Shown: positions 40,862 through 54,313, counted from the first letter of the stretch. The stretch: 64,000 nucleotides of DNA from Octopus vulgaris (GCA_951406725.2 OX597824.1:51460001-51524000); one strand, 5' to 3'. Notes: generated from the sequence alone by a model not told the origin. A program made the numbers and translations.

Positions 40862-42170
40862 GATTAGAGAATGCTTAGATATATTTGGAATTGCAAAGAA
40901 TAGAGAAGATTTTCAGAGAAAAAGTAGGGAAAAATAGAAGAATGAGTTAAAACAAGATGGACAAATTTGGGTGTAACTGAAATCAGGAGGCATATTTCAG
41001 GGAGATAGTTTGTCCCCATTGTTGTTTGTACTGTACATGGTGCCTTTGACAATGAACTTAAGAAGAACTAAAGCAGAGTATGAGTTCATGGGAAAACATC
41101 AAAGGGTTAATCATTTATAATTCATGAATGATCTGAAATTATATGGGAAAGATGAATCTCAAATTAGTTCACTTGTGGATACTGAGTATGACTTTAGTTT
41201 GGGCATCTGAGTTTGGCAATGAGGCTTACAGAAATGTGGTGTGCTCATTCTGAAACTGGGTAAGATTAAACACCTGGACAGAGTAGTAATACCATTCAGG
41301 AAAGGCCATGCAGCAAATAGATGAGAATGACTACAAATGTCTGAGAAGTTTGGAAATGGATAACTTGATGGAGTAGGAAATGAAAACTAGGATTACAGAA
41401 AAATATTCCAGGAGAGCGAGATTGATACTAAAATCAAAGTTGAATGGCAGGAATAAATATGAAGCACTTAATATTTAGACAGTATCACTGCTAACATATG
41501 CTGCTGGAGTGGTTGGGTGGACAGTTGATGAGTTACAATGTTAGGATAGGAAAGTGAAGTTATTCACAGTCAACAGAACATTTCATCCAAGTTATACATG
41601 TCAAGAAAGAAGGGAGGAGGGAGGGAGGGAAAGGACTCATCAGTTCTGAAGGATGTGTGAGAGCAGAAGAGAACAGTGTAGTTTGATACATAAAGGATGC
41701 CACTGAACCAAAGCCATTGCATGTGAAAAAGTCAAACTGGGTAAAAATTGGATATAGCAAAGAAAAATCTGAATACAAAAAGAAGTAAATTAAAACCATA
41801 AGAAGGTGGAAAGAAAAGACGATGTATGGACAATTTTACAGGGAGAGAAGCTGAAATCAATTTGGAGAAGTGGCAGCTTATAGATGCAGAAAAAAGAGCT
41901 TAAACCAAAAACAGAAGCTTTAATTTGCGCTGCACAGGAGGAGGCCCTGAGGACAAATTATGTTGCACACAAGATTGACAACTCAAGCACAACAGAAAAG
42001 TGTGGAATGGGCAGAGCAAATGGAGAAACTGTGTGGTATATCACCAGTCAGTGCACAAAGCTGACACAGAAAGAATACAAGCAACATAACAATAACATTG
42101 CAGAAATTGTTCATTGGGCATTATGTGGAAAACACGATCTTGAGAGAGCACAAACCTCATAACAAAACAA
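40862..42170 (+). mobile_element. Dong/R4-like LINE RT and zinc-motif fragment, degenerate
   Basis: IFQGDSLSPLLF, NHL.FMNDLKLYGK, LKSKLNGRNK, TEALICAAQEEALRTNY and ETVWYITSQC. Confidence 0.85.
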
Positions 42171-42714
42171 ACTGATGCAATACAATACCAGGAAGAGGCA
42201 CTTGAGTAATTCACCTTAGAAATTATGGGTGTTTCATTCAACATCCTTAAACGATCTTTACGTGGGGACCTTTTGAGCAGGATGGGCTACTTGACCTGAA
42301 GAAAATTCTAACTGGGCCCCACCTGCAAGGTCATGCACTGTTTATCTTGATATGAGAACACCATGTCACACACATGTGGTTGTGATGCATGTGCCTGGTG
42401 TACCCATATCAGACAGGTTTATTGGGCTTCGTATATTTTATCCCAGTGTCACTTTGATGGCATGCACTGCTCTCTCACTCAATAATAATAATAGTAATCC
42501 TTTCTGCTATAGGCACAAGGCCTGAAATTTGGGATGGGGAATAAGTTGAATACATCGACCCCAGTAATTAACTGATATTTTATTTTATTGAAAGGTAAAG
42601 TTGAGCTCAGTAAGATTTCAAATCATTTTTAAGCATGTAAATAAGATGTACTTTTTTGGATATATTTTTCAAATTATGAATAATAAAGATACAATAAAAA
42701 GTTTTAAAATTTAC

Positions 42715-42946
42715 TGTTTTTGTAAAAGAGCACTCTGCATCTTAACTTCTTTCTCCTTTATGATCTTCTCAAACAAAATGTGGTCAAGTCTTCTGATTTC
42801 ATTAAATCCTTCAAAATAATTAGTGTACTCATTTTCTGGAACCCCTCTTAAATACTCATCGAAGTCAATATTATATTTGAAAACCTCAGGATTTGTTTTT
42901 GCTGAAATATTCTCCTTGTTGTTCTCTTTGGTTCTGTTATGATTCT
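42715..42946 (-). CDS. FSIP1: FSIP1-like exon
   Basis: caag|AG ... CA|gtaaa; phase 1 in, 2 out. EIRRLDHILFEKIIKEKEVK resembles FSIP1 [20 protein letters not shown]. The acceptor is less certain. Confidence 0.85.
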
Positions 42947-44384
42947 CTTGAGTGTAAACATTGCAAGTCAAGTTATTCCATTCAAGAGGTAGAGAAATGA
43001 AAAAGAAAAAGAAATAGCTCCCATGATTGTTGTTATTTAGTTCTGATATTACAATTAAAATGAAACAAAATAGCTATGCTTTGTAGCTGGTGTGATAACA
43101 CAGATTGCTCTAATGAGTCATGGGGATGACAGTTTTTAAACTATCTTATGCATATCTTATGCAAGTATTGTTGTTACATATAAAATGGCAAATAGCAATA
43201 TTAAAACATAGGGTCCTATGGAGGAGGTTTTGTCTAAATTTGGAAGCCCTCAAAAGTTTGTAAAAACACTGAAAGCTGTCCATAAAGACATGAAAGCCAA
43301 AGTAAAATTTGGGGTCACACTCTCTGAACCTTTTCCAGTAGAGAGTAGTGTGAAACAGAGACTTTGATGCCTGTGTTTTTCTTTGCAGTATATTTTGCTG
43401 CCATGTTCTATTATGTTCTCCAAGACAAAAATGAGGGGCATATGCAGAGAGACATGAATATGGGTACAAAGATATGTATACATCCATGTACATACACATT
43501 TGTGTGTTAATGCACATGTATATAGATATACATCATCATCATCATCATCGTTTAACGTCCGCTTTCCATGCTAGCATGGGTTGGACAATTTGACTGAGGA
43601 CTGGCAAACCAGATGGCTGCACCAGGCTCCAATCTGATCTGGCAGAGTTTCTACAGATGGATGCCCTTCCTAACACCAACCACTCCAAGAGTGTAGTGGG
43701 TGCTTTTACGTGCCACCGGCACAAGGGCCAGTCAGGCGGTACTGGCAATGGCCACGCTCAAATGGTGCTTTTTATGTGCCACCTGCACAGTAGCCAGTCC
43801 AGCGGCACTGGCAACATGTAAATATGCATATATATTCACACACCCATGTAAGGTGCATACAGATACATGTATAAATATATGTCAATACACATTTATAGAT
43901 GCACATATGAGTAGAGATATATAAATTAGACACTGGGACATACAATGAACTAGGTTACACTGGATACATATAAGAGTAGAGGGACATAGATAGACTAATA
44001 GACATATGTAAAAAAGTAATCACAACATCAGGGGTCATTTGGCTCAGCCAGAATTAGAGAGGAAAAGTTCAATTTTCTGTAGTGTCTGCGAATAACATTT
44101 TTAGTTGCAGGCATTGGTGTGTGGTAAAAAGTTTGCTTCCCAGCCACATGGTTCCGGATTCAGTCCCTCTGTGTGGTACCTTAGGCAAATGTCTTCTACT
44201 ATAGCCTCAGGCTGACTAACACCTTGTGAGTGGACTTGGTAGATGGAAACTGAAAGAAGTTCATCATGTGTGTGTGTGTGTGTGTGTGTGTGTGATAATG
44301 GAAGCTATTTACTACCTCTAAGTTGTTCCCCTGGCAATGCACACACACACATATATATATATTATACATACATACATACATACA

Positions 44385-44453
<69 letters not shown>

Positions 44454-44954
44454 ATAGTATATATAATATATATATTTTCTACTCTAGGCACAAGGGCCCG
44501 AAATTTGGGGGGAGGAAGCCAGACAATTAAATCGATCCCAAGTACACAATTGGTACTTAATTTATCGACCCTGAAAGAATGAAAGGCAAAGTTGACCTCG
44601 GCAGAATTTGAACTCAGAACGTAGCGGCAGACGAAATACCGCTAAGCATTTCGCCCGGCGTGCTAATGATTATATAATATATATATATATATATATCATC
44701 ATCATCATCATCATCGTTTAGCGTCCGTTTTCCATGCTAGCATGGGTTGGACGGGTCAACTGGGATCTGTGAAGCTGGAAGGCTTCGTCAGGCCCAGTCA
44801 GATCTGGCAGTGTTTCTACGGCTGGATGCCCTTCCTAACGCCAACCACTCCGCGAGTGTAGTGGGTGTTTTTTACGTGCCACCTGCACATATATAAATAT
44901 ATGTATGTAATGTATGTATGTATGTATATAGTATATAATATATATATATATATA

Positions 44955-45584
44955 AAATTAATTGTTATCGCCATATTAATATGGCAATCTTATAGATATA
45001 AGACTAAAAGCTGTCGCTGATTAGCTCCATGAGGCCATCGCCTTAAGATAGCTATATGACACACAAACTGTGTCCATTAAAACCTTCGAACAAGGGAGGT
45101 CAGCCGCTTCACACTGCTAGTCAGACAGCTACAGACGCGTTTCAGGGTATTTGCCCCTTGTCAATGTAGCGTAGTCGACTCAGCAGGTGTCGCCACTGAT
45201 CGTCTCTGTTTGAAGGTTCTATTTACCTATTTTCGGTGGAATACATCCACTTGTTTTCAATAATAGAAATATTAAAATTACTAAGTCTCTCTAAAAGAGA
45301 TTACGACAGCGTTACTGGAAATTAATTGTTATCGCCATATTAATATGGCAATCTTATAGATATAAGACTAAAAGCTGTCGCTGATTAGCTCCATGTTCGA
45401 GGGTTCTAATGGACACAGTTTGTGTGTCAAATAGCTATCTTAAGGCGATGGCCTCATGGAGCTAATCAGCGACAGCTTTTAGTCTTATATCTATAAGATT
45501 GCCATATTAATATGGCGATAACAATTAATTTCCAGTAACGCTGTCGTAATCTCTTTTAGAGAGACTTAGTAATTTTAATATTTC

Positions 45585-45590
<6 letters not shown>
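44955..45590 (-). mobile_element. Retrozyme / non-autonomous Penelope-like element: 364-nt monomer, 77-bp direct repeat and ~195-bp inverted segment
   Basis: 44955-45031 equals 45319-45395. 45396-45590 is the reverse complement of 45260-45318 joined to 44955-45090. (TA)n lies on both flanks and the element contains a hammerhead. Confidence 0.8.
45128..45170 (-). ncRNA. Minimal type I hammerhead ribozyme, U3-A8 variant
   Basis: GCUACA-UUGACAA-GGGG caaaua CCCU-GAAA-C GC G-UC^-UGUAGC: 6-bp stem I (extendable), stem II, palindromic ACGCGU stem III and a GUC cleavage site. Confidence 0.8.
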
Positions 45591-45635
<45 letters not shown>

Positions 45636-47057
45636 ATACACAGGTATACAATATACATGGATGCAGTTGACTGCAGCCATGCTGGGGCACTGCCTTGAAG
45701 ATATATATATACATATATACATATATAATAATAATAATAATAATAATCTGATGCAGTACCAGGCAGTAACTCTTGTGGCTTCTGATCTTAACTGATTGGA
45801 AGTGTTATCATGTATGTTTTGTCTTGGTATAAAGATTTGCTTGTCAGTTGTTTGACCATAACAAGTTGAGCATGTCCCTTGGTGGCTGACGATATGTGCA
45901 TCTCTGATCACAAGCAGAAGTAGTTGGGGAGCATCATAGCCATGTGTTGAAGGGAATTCTTAGAGGTTTGGATAATTCACCTTTGGAAACATGGGTGGTT
46001 CGTTCAACATCCTTAAACAATCCTTATTCAGGGACCTTTTGAGCAGGATGGGTTACTCGACTAGAAGAAAATTCTAACTGGGCCCCACCTGCAAGGTCAT
46101 GCACTGTTTATCTTGATATGAGATCACCATGTTGTGCACATATGGTTGTGATGCATGTGCCTGGTAATCATGATGGGTATACTGGGCTTTGTATATTTGT
46201 ACCCCAGTGTCACTCTGATGTCATGCACTGCTCTCTCACTCAATAATAATAATAATAATAATAGTATATTATTTAAACAGCTTGATTCGGTTTCCATGCT
46301 ATTTCAAGAGTATATACAGATAGAGAGGGGTAGAGAAAGAGAGAGGGGAGACAAAGAGAGGGACAAAGAGGGGGAAAGGGGAAGACAGAAAGAGAGACTC
46401 TGATGACAGTTGTATGTTGATTAAACTGTCATCAGTTTCTTCTTAGATCAATATCTAAAAGAGATTTCTTTCAAAATATTTGCATAACTTATATTGAAAT
46501 TTGGTTCCAGTGTTCATGTCCACAACTGTCCTGCAATCCAATCAGTACCTATTGTTGTATTTTCAGCATTTTCTCCAATGCATCAGGGGATTATACTGAT
46601 GAAGCATATAGTGGAGATAAAAGCCAAGTATAAAGTTAGTATTATGATCAATACATTCTACAACTATGACCAATTACTACTGAGCCTTCTCTTATTTGTT
46701 GTACCACACTAGAAACTGTAGACTAAGCCTGACTCATCATATAGTAAATACCACCATGAGTGATATTCTGACTACAGTGGAAAAGGCAAGTCACTGGATT
46801 TGGTTAGGAAGAGATGATGAGCAATGGCTAGAAGAATATTGAGTGAAACCTGACAGCCAGTTGATCTAGCAAGCAGGGCCTCATTTCAGTGAGTGGGGCT
46901 GTATGTGCAATGATGCTGTCAAGAGGAAAGCCCTGAAATGGCACACATTCTCTCCTGATGACCCCATAAACTTGCTAGCATCTGGTATGTGGAGCTTTCA
47001 ACTGGTAGCATCTGTAAATTGTTTTCAGAAAAAAGATTATATTATATATATATATAC

Positions 47058-47151
47058 CTGTGTTATTGTCCATGTATGTTGAAAAACAAAATGAATTGGT
47101 GTCATTGCTGTGAGGACAAGGTGGAGATTGTGCATCTCCGGGTATTGCAGA
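47058..47151 (-). CDS. FSIP1: FSIP1-like N-terminal exon
   Basis: Strong polypyrimidine tract tttcag|TCT ... ACAG|gtata; phase 0 in, 1 out fits the next exon. No recognisable homology. Confidence 0.62.
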
Positions 47152-47230
47152 CTGAAATAAAGACAAAAAAAGGAAAAGGAAATAAGAAAAGAATAATTAA
47201 ACATTAGTTGGATTATTAAATCATATGATA

Positions 47231-47518
47231 CATGTCCAGTAAGTTCACTGTCATCAATTCACCACAGGGAAAGTTCACTGTAGAAATTTTTTGACATAAT
47301 TTTTCAACTTCAATTTTTCTTTTTTCTTTTTTTTATTTATCTATTTATTTATTTTTTTATAAAATAGTTTTGAACTATTACTGGTGAGACACTATGAATA
47401 TATTTTCTCAGAAAACTTTCTTTGCAATGAACTTTTCTCTTGGTGAACTTTCTTCATGGCGAATTGATGGCGGTGAACTCTTCTGTGATAAATTGGTGTT
47501 GGTGAACTTAACTGAAAT
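47231..47518. mobile_element. MITE/foldback element, second copy
   Basis: gtaagttcac..ggtgaactta ends with the same core as 18527. Confidence 0.7.
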
Positions 47519-48869
47519 TGCATTAAATAAATGTAAATGTAAATAAACTAGAAGGTGTTCTGGCTAAATTCAATGATTTTTTGTGTCCTCTTTTTTCAAG
47601 AATAGCTTTAATTACCACTGAACAATCAATGGTGAGAACATTAAAGTTGTAGTTGAGAAAAAGTTAGTTGACATGGAGGACTGGAAGCTACTTTTATGCT
47701 GGAAAAGAGTTACCTTTATCATCAGGATTTGTGTTAGATATCAAAATGCCAACATCATGACTGCTGCTGAAGGCTTTGTGAACACTGTAAAGGCTGTAAG
47801 ACATGACATGGACAGCTGCAAGGGAAATTATGAAACTGTAACCACTAGGAAGGGACACTGCAAGTATTCTTATTATGTCTGCCAGAATTTATGCCTGTAT
47901 GTTTGAACAGGGCCTCAAGCTCAATGCAGATGGCTGTATGAAACAGTTAGAGAGTGTACTCAATCCCTAGCTGGAAAGGGTTACTATTTGAAGGCCATAT
48001 GTATGACAGCAGGATTCAGCTCCTTGCCTTACCTCTAGAGTCAGAAGCGATTGTCAAAGAATTTCTATGACTTCTCCAGGCCCAATTTCTGGCTTCCTAA
48101 TTCCCAGAACCATGTGTGGGGCACAGTTGAGAAAGACACCAACCAACTCTGCCCACAACACCAGTCTAACCAAGCTGGGAGTTAAAGAGGTGTTCAAAGA
48201 CCTTCCCAGAGATACAGTGGGGAATGCATGCACCAGGTTCTGGAGCCATCTGGAGGCTGTAGTAGAAGCTTAGGGTGGCTACTCTGAGTAAACGGTTTTC
48301 CTCCAGTCATAATCTAGTTGATATTTTTTGGTGTTTTAAAATACTTTATTTCTAGATAAGATATTGTTTTCTTTTCCTTTTATGCCAACCGTCAAATTTA
48401 GCCCAAACACCCTGAGAGGGACAAGTCAAACATAAACACTAACAGTACTTAAACATTGTATCTTACCATTCAGCAAATGATAGATATATAAGTTCCATCA
48501 TATGGGCCAGATTCACTTTTCTATTTCAAATTGATGTATGCAGTGTATAATGTAATTTATATACAAACACACTATTAATGTCGAAAATCCACATTAGGTG
48601 TGAAAATTTTAGCAGTCTTATTGTTAAAGACCCCTTGGATATACCTAAGTTAATAAGAGATGTTGAGTGATGCTTACAGTGTTGATCTACATTGTTATAG
48701 ATAGATTTGAATAAATATTAGTGAGATTAGCTTTCCATCAATGGAGTTCATACACTGTTACATCAAAATTAAATATAGAAAAACTGAAAAAGTTCAGAAA
48801 GTTTTGCAATGAAAATTTTAAAAAGATGAAAAAACATTGTGTAAATTGTTTTAGGAGGACATCGATTAC

Positions 48870-49295
48870 ATTTTAGATGGAGATCGATCAGACTTATCAC
48901 CACCACCATATTCACAACAACCAGCTTGGTTCCACAAGATAAAGATTTTGTGACAATGGGTGATGAATTTCACTGTAGTGTGTAGTCTGGTATCTCATCT
49001 ATTACGATCAGCCAAAGTCTTTGTCTACAAAGCTTCATCTGCCAAAATTAAGAATTAAGCTATTGAGGACATGGGAGACTGAGATAATTTACAATTATAG
49101 CCAAATTTTGTGTAAGATTTTACCTCTGAGATGGGAGGTCCAGTGAACTGAGATAAGAGGGGGAGGCCAGGTATATCATATCACTTGTTAAAAAGTACTT
49201 CCAGAGCTCTTAAGCCCCTTGTAGGCAATGGAAACAAGAATGCATTATAAGAAGGGAGTTAATTTGTCCCATTCCTGACCTCCAACTTGACACCT
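48870..49295 (-). mobile_element. Old CR1/L2-like RT fragment
   Basis: Degenerate DMIYL and LADEA motifs in RT order. Confidence 0.35.
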
Positions 49296-49371
49296 ACATA
49301 TATATCTATATCCATGCATGCATGTATGTATGTATGTATGTCTACAGCTTGAGTGTGTGTGCATTATATCT

Positions 49372-49419
<48 letters not shown>

Positions 49420-49519
49420 CTGTAATTATTTCATATATATATATATATACCTCTGTAATTATTTCATATATATACTAGACTACCTGCTGGGTCACCGAGA
49501 AACTCTGAGTTTCCTAGCA

Positions 49520-49755
49520 ATGGAGTTTTGTTTCATGGTTTTTTTTTCTTTTCCAGGTTATTTTGCATGCTTTCAATGAATGTCACATATTTGGCTGCTT
49601 TTTCTTGCATGCCCTGCTACCACGTAACAGGTATTTCAGGTCCTTTATTGCAAATAGCTGTTACATGGTAGCAGGGCATGCTAGAAATAGCTGCCAAATC
49701 TTTGGGGGTGAGATATGTTGAATGCACTTGAGAAAAACCCATGAAAAAACTATTT
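49520..49755. repeat. Imperfect palindrome (MITE-like hairpin)
   Basis: tttggctgct..gcatgccctgctaccacgtaacag pairs with ctgttacatggtagcagggcatgc..agctgccaaa. Confidence 0.75.
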
Positions 49756-51032
49756 CACACTGAGATTATAACAGGTCTTTTACAAAATATTTACCATAAT
49801 TTTAAAGTCATTTTCACTTTAAAATATTTTTTAAATAGGCCAAAAAAACATTTTTGTAATGGTATTCACTTGAAAATAATTAAAATATTGTCTGTTTAAA
49901 GAAAGCTAAAATATAAATACTTACTGTACAAACATCTTACATTTTTGATCTTACACATCCACAAAAAAATATTTATAAATGATTAAAATATTGTGTTTAA
50001 CAAAAGCGAAAATAGAAACATTTACTGTAAAAAAACAACTCATTTTTTCGTTGTCAATTCATTGTGTCTAATCAAACGATAAGAATTTCTTCCCTTTCAG
50101 GATTAAGATTATTTTCGGAATATTTTCTGGTGTCAACATTTGGCAGACTCTCCTCCTCCCATTCATTCTCCATGTTCAACAGTCTTTCATAATGGCATTT
50201 TGAAGCCTCTTTCTTTGCAGAATCATTAAATGCAAGTGCACCATCATCCATGTGGACACATTGCTCCTAGGACATCACAATTTTCTCTCACACACTGTCT
50301 AGCAATCTTTGGTCCTCATGTTACTGAACATAGGCAAACTTCTTCTTTAGTGCTTCAGATATACCTGTCTCCAAGCTTCCCTATCATCATTTTAATGTCC
50401 ACTGTTTCATGCTTGCATGTTTTCATCAGAATGTGTTGAGCAGTACATGGATGATTGGAAATGTGGGACACGACACCACTTGCATGTTGATGACACTTGT
50501 TTACAACTATCACAATGTCAAGACAAGGACACACGCACACACAATACATGACAGGTGTCTTTCAGTTTCTGTCTAGCAAATCCATTCACAAGGCTTCGAT
50601 TGGCCTGGAACTATAGTAGAAAATACTCGCCCAAGGTGTCATGCAGTCAGGACTGCGTCTGAAATCATGTGGTTGAGAAGCAAACTTCATACCACATACT
50701 CAGTCCTACCTGCACCTATATAAATATAGATATTATTTCGCTTAGGCATTAACCTAGTGAAGAACTCAATATGCGTATGTTTCAGAACAAAGTATGAGAC
50801 AAGTAATAAGAAAATGAAATAACAAAGGAATAAGACAATTGTTTATTTCTTTATATTTGTGTGTGTGTATATATATATAGGTACACGTATGGCTGTGTGG
50901 TAAGAAAATTGCTTCCCAACTATATGGTTCCAGGTTCAGTCCAACTGCATGACACTTTGGGCAAGTATCTTCTACTATAGCCTTGAGTTGACTGAAGTGA
51001 GTGGATTTGGTAAACGGAAACTGAAAGAATCC

Positions 51033-51088
<56 letters not shown>

Positions 51089-51089
<1 letters not shown>

Positions 51090-51907
51090 TAGCAGCATAG
51101 CCCGGCGTTGCCCGGGTATGTAAGAGCCCCTAGTAGGCAACGACTAATCCCAATCTAGTCCTTTCCCTCTAGGGAACGAAGGCGCATGTGTAGGTTGCAA
51201 TGTCTTCTCTTCACTCGAATACTTCTGTGTATACGATGTTCCTAGCTGTCCCTTTGGGCAAAAACATGAAAACATCATTGCGCCTCCCAAGAGAGTTAAA
51301 AAGGTTGAGTTGCGTCCCCTAGACAGTCTGTGGTTTGTGTTTAATACACAAATTGGTTTGCTATGTGTGCCACATATGATTTAATTAACCGATTTTTTCC
51401 AGTAATAAAGTATTCTATTGGAATACTTATAGCTCCTTGGAGCAGACATGATGCTCGCTGTGAACTTTAAAAAAATTCCTGCCAATTTGTGAAAGATAGT
51501 GTCGAAAATATTTCATCTTGAATTTGAACGCGATTTCCCCAAATGGCATGATTTTATCAATTTTTTTCTGATAGTAAGGTATTGCATGGAAAACTAACGT
51601 CAGAATTAAGTTTCTTAGGGTAACATTAAGCTTCACCATGAGTTTGGTGAAAATCGATTGCAAGTTGCGAAAACTACAACAGAAAATGTGTTGCATATAA
51701 AAAGCTTAGATTCTCGACCCCATGTCGAATTTATCGATGTTTTTCAGAACTGGGGGAACTTTTCAAAATTTTCTCTGCGTTAGTTTTGAATTATGACATT
51801 GGGCTATGTGTGTGTCAAGTTTCATCAGAATCGGTTGAAAGCCGTGGTCAGGGTGAGGGTACAACCTGACAGACACCCAGACAGACAAACTGCCGTTTAT
51901 ATAGAGA
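51089..51907 (-). mobile_element. Non-autonomous Helitron, 819 bp
   Basis: 5' TCTCTATATAAAC followed by GTCT repeats; 3' hairpin CCCGG-GCAACG-CCGGG then CTAG. Inserted between A and T with no target duplication. Confidence 0.88.
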
Positions 51908-52426
51908 TATATATATATATATACACACACACACATATGTATATGTTTGTGTGTCTATGTTTGTCACCCCATTATCATTTGACAACTGACGTTGGCGTGT
52001 TTACGTCCTGTAACTTAGCAGTTTGGCAAAAAAGACCAATAGAAGTACTAGGCTTGCAAAGAAAAACTGCTGGGGTTGATTTGTCGAACTAAAGCCAGTG
52101 CTCCAGCATGGCCACAGTCAAATGACTGAAAAAACAAAAGAATACAAGAATATATATATAAAAATATATACATGATGAACTCTCCTTTCGAAGACAACGT
52201 ATAAACATTCAGCTTTTACCGAATGAGCTGCCCAAACAATTTGTTTATAATGATTAAATGCTTGTGCTGCAGATTAGCTCACTCTCTCAATCAAAACGAC
52301 GTTGTCTGAACAGGTGCATGGTGCATCATGTATCAGATATCAAAGTGATCACAGAGGAATGTGAGAGGAAGTGTTTTGCTCAAGAACACAACACACCACT
52401 CAGTCACTCCCAACTACAAAGCCTGC

Positions 52427-52465
<39 letters not shown>

Positions 52466-52480
52466 CACATATATATATAA

Positions 52481-53570
52481 TATCAATTAATAGTAAGATA
52501 TGGATTTCTTATTAGACTTTTATTAGGTACAACATATGTTTTGATCCTCAGTCTGGGTCTCTTCAGGTACATTGATAAAGATGTCTCACTATGTTCTGAA
52601 GAGTCACTCTCTATGTTAATTAACAAAGGAGCACATTATAAACAGATTTATGGAACAATTACCCAGGTACTTGCATACAGCTAAACACACATTCACATAC
52701 TATAATCAAAACCATACCTAACTGATGCAAACTTAACACCGACAACTCGGATTAATCCCCCTGAGTTAAAACCTCATATACTAAAAAAGAACTGTATCCG
52801 AATAACATGTATTTAGACACATAATTTTACAACCCAGCTGTGTATATGTAGATATATCTATAAATGTATGCATGTGTATGTGAATGTATAATTACATATG
52901 TGTGTCTTGTCTTCATGTGTGTGTGTTTGGGTCTTTGTATGTATCTATATATCTATATGCATGTGTGTATATGCATATATGCGTATGTGTACTTACATGT
53001 ATGTGTTCATGTATATGTGTATACTTATGTATATATATATATATATATATCTATATATATATATATATATATTTATTAATGAGTAAAAGGATGCTATATA
53101 TGTAATGTATGTGTATATGTATATATACATATATATATATATGTATATATCTGTGTATACATATATATATATGTATATATATATCTGTGTATACATATAT
53201 ATATATATGTATATATCTGTGTTCCTCTGTCTCTATGTATGTATATGCACAAACAGAAAACTACTTGTCTAAGTATTAATCTCTTTTCTCCTCCTACTTT
53301 CTTTTTTCTCTAAGCAGTTATGACAGTGAAAGCTGATTCGGTCATTTTATCTAAACTGGAATGCAAGATGTTCATGTTCATATTTGAATTTTTTGCATTT
53401 CTATATTATTTACTTTTATTCATTGCCTAACTTGATAGGAATATAACAACAAGCCACCTGACACTAAGAATCTCTAGTGACACTTCTTTATCAATGTACC
53501 TGAAGAGACCCAGACTGATGGGTCACCCAATAAAGATTTAATACCAAATCCATCTCCTGTTAATTAATAT
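52481..53570. mobile_element. Penelope-like remnant with inverted terminal repeats carrying hammerhead motifs
   Basis: 52481-52595 is inverted at 53476-53570. Minus 52527-52570 reads GTAC-CTGAAGA-GACCC agactga GGATC-AAAAC ATAT GTT-GTAC. Confidence 0.65.
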
Positions 53571-53744
53571 TATTACTGTAACTGCCACTGCGGAGTTTCT
53601 GAAATAGATCCAGCAGAAGTGTATCACGACTGTGGATGACAACAGGTTGCCTAAACTGTGCCATTGCTCTACTCAATATTTAAACACTTTCATTGACTTA
53701 GACTTATTTGTCCAAATCATTATTATTATTATTATCATTATTGT

Positions 53745-53785
<41 letters not shown>

Positions 53786-54313
53786 TGTTACACACACACG
53801 TGTGTGTGTAATATCTTAATGTTTATGTACATTAGCAGTTAAATGTAAGGTACTGAATAAAAGCAGAAAAGCTGGGGGGGAGGGTTTCCATACATTAACT
53901 TATTTCTCTTTTTAAACCGTTAATACCTATTTTTTTACTACCCACAAGGGGCTAAACACAGAGAGGACAAACAAGGACAGACAAACGGATTAAGTCATTA
54001 TATCGAACCAGTTCGTAACTGGTACTTAATTTATCGACCCCGAAAGGATGACAGGCAAAGTCGACCTCGGCGGAATTTGAACTCAGAATGTAGCGGCAGA
54101 CGAAATACTGCTAAGCATTTCGCCCGGCGTGCTAACGTTTCTGCCAGCTCGCCGCCTTTTAAAACGTTAATACCCACTAACTGAAGGAGTAAGATGGGCA
54201 CCATTTTCTACACATCTTAGTTAACTGGGCTCTGTACCAATGATAATTTTAGACTAACTTAACTTTACGCTAATACGTTTGTCATGACAATTTGAAACGT
54301 TGGTAGAACTTAC

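Noticed and set aside
52165-52210. catgatga..gaagac hammerhead-like text
   Set aside because: No proper GAAA or stem II pairing.
53925-54158. tRNA gene-like A/B boxes
   Set aside because: SINE head with many diverged copies in the window; no cloverleaf evident.
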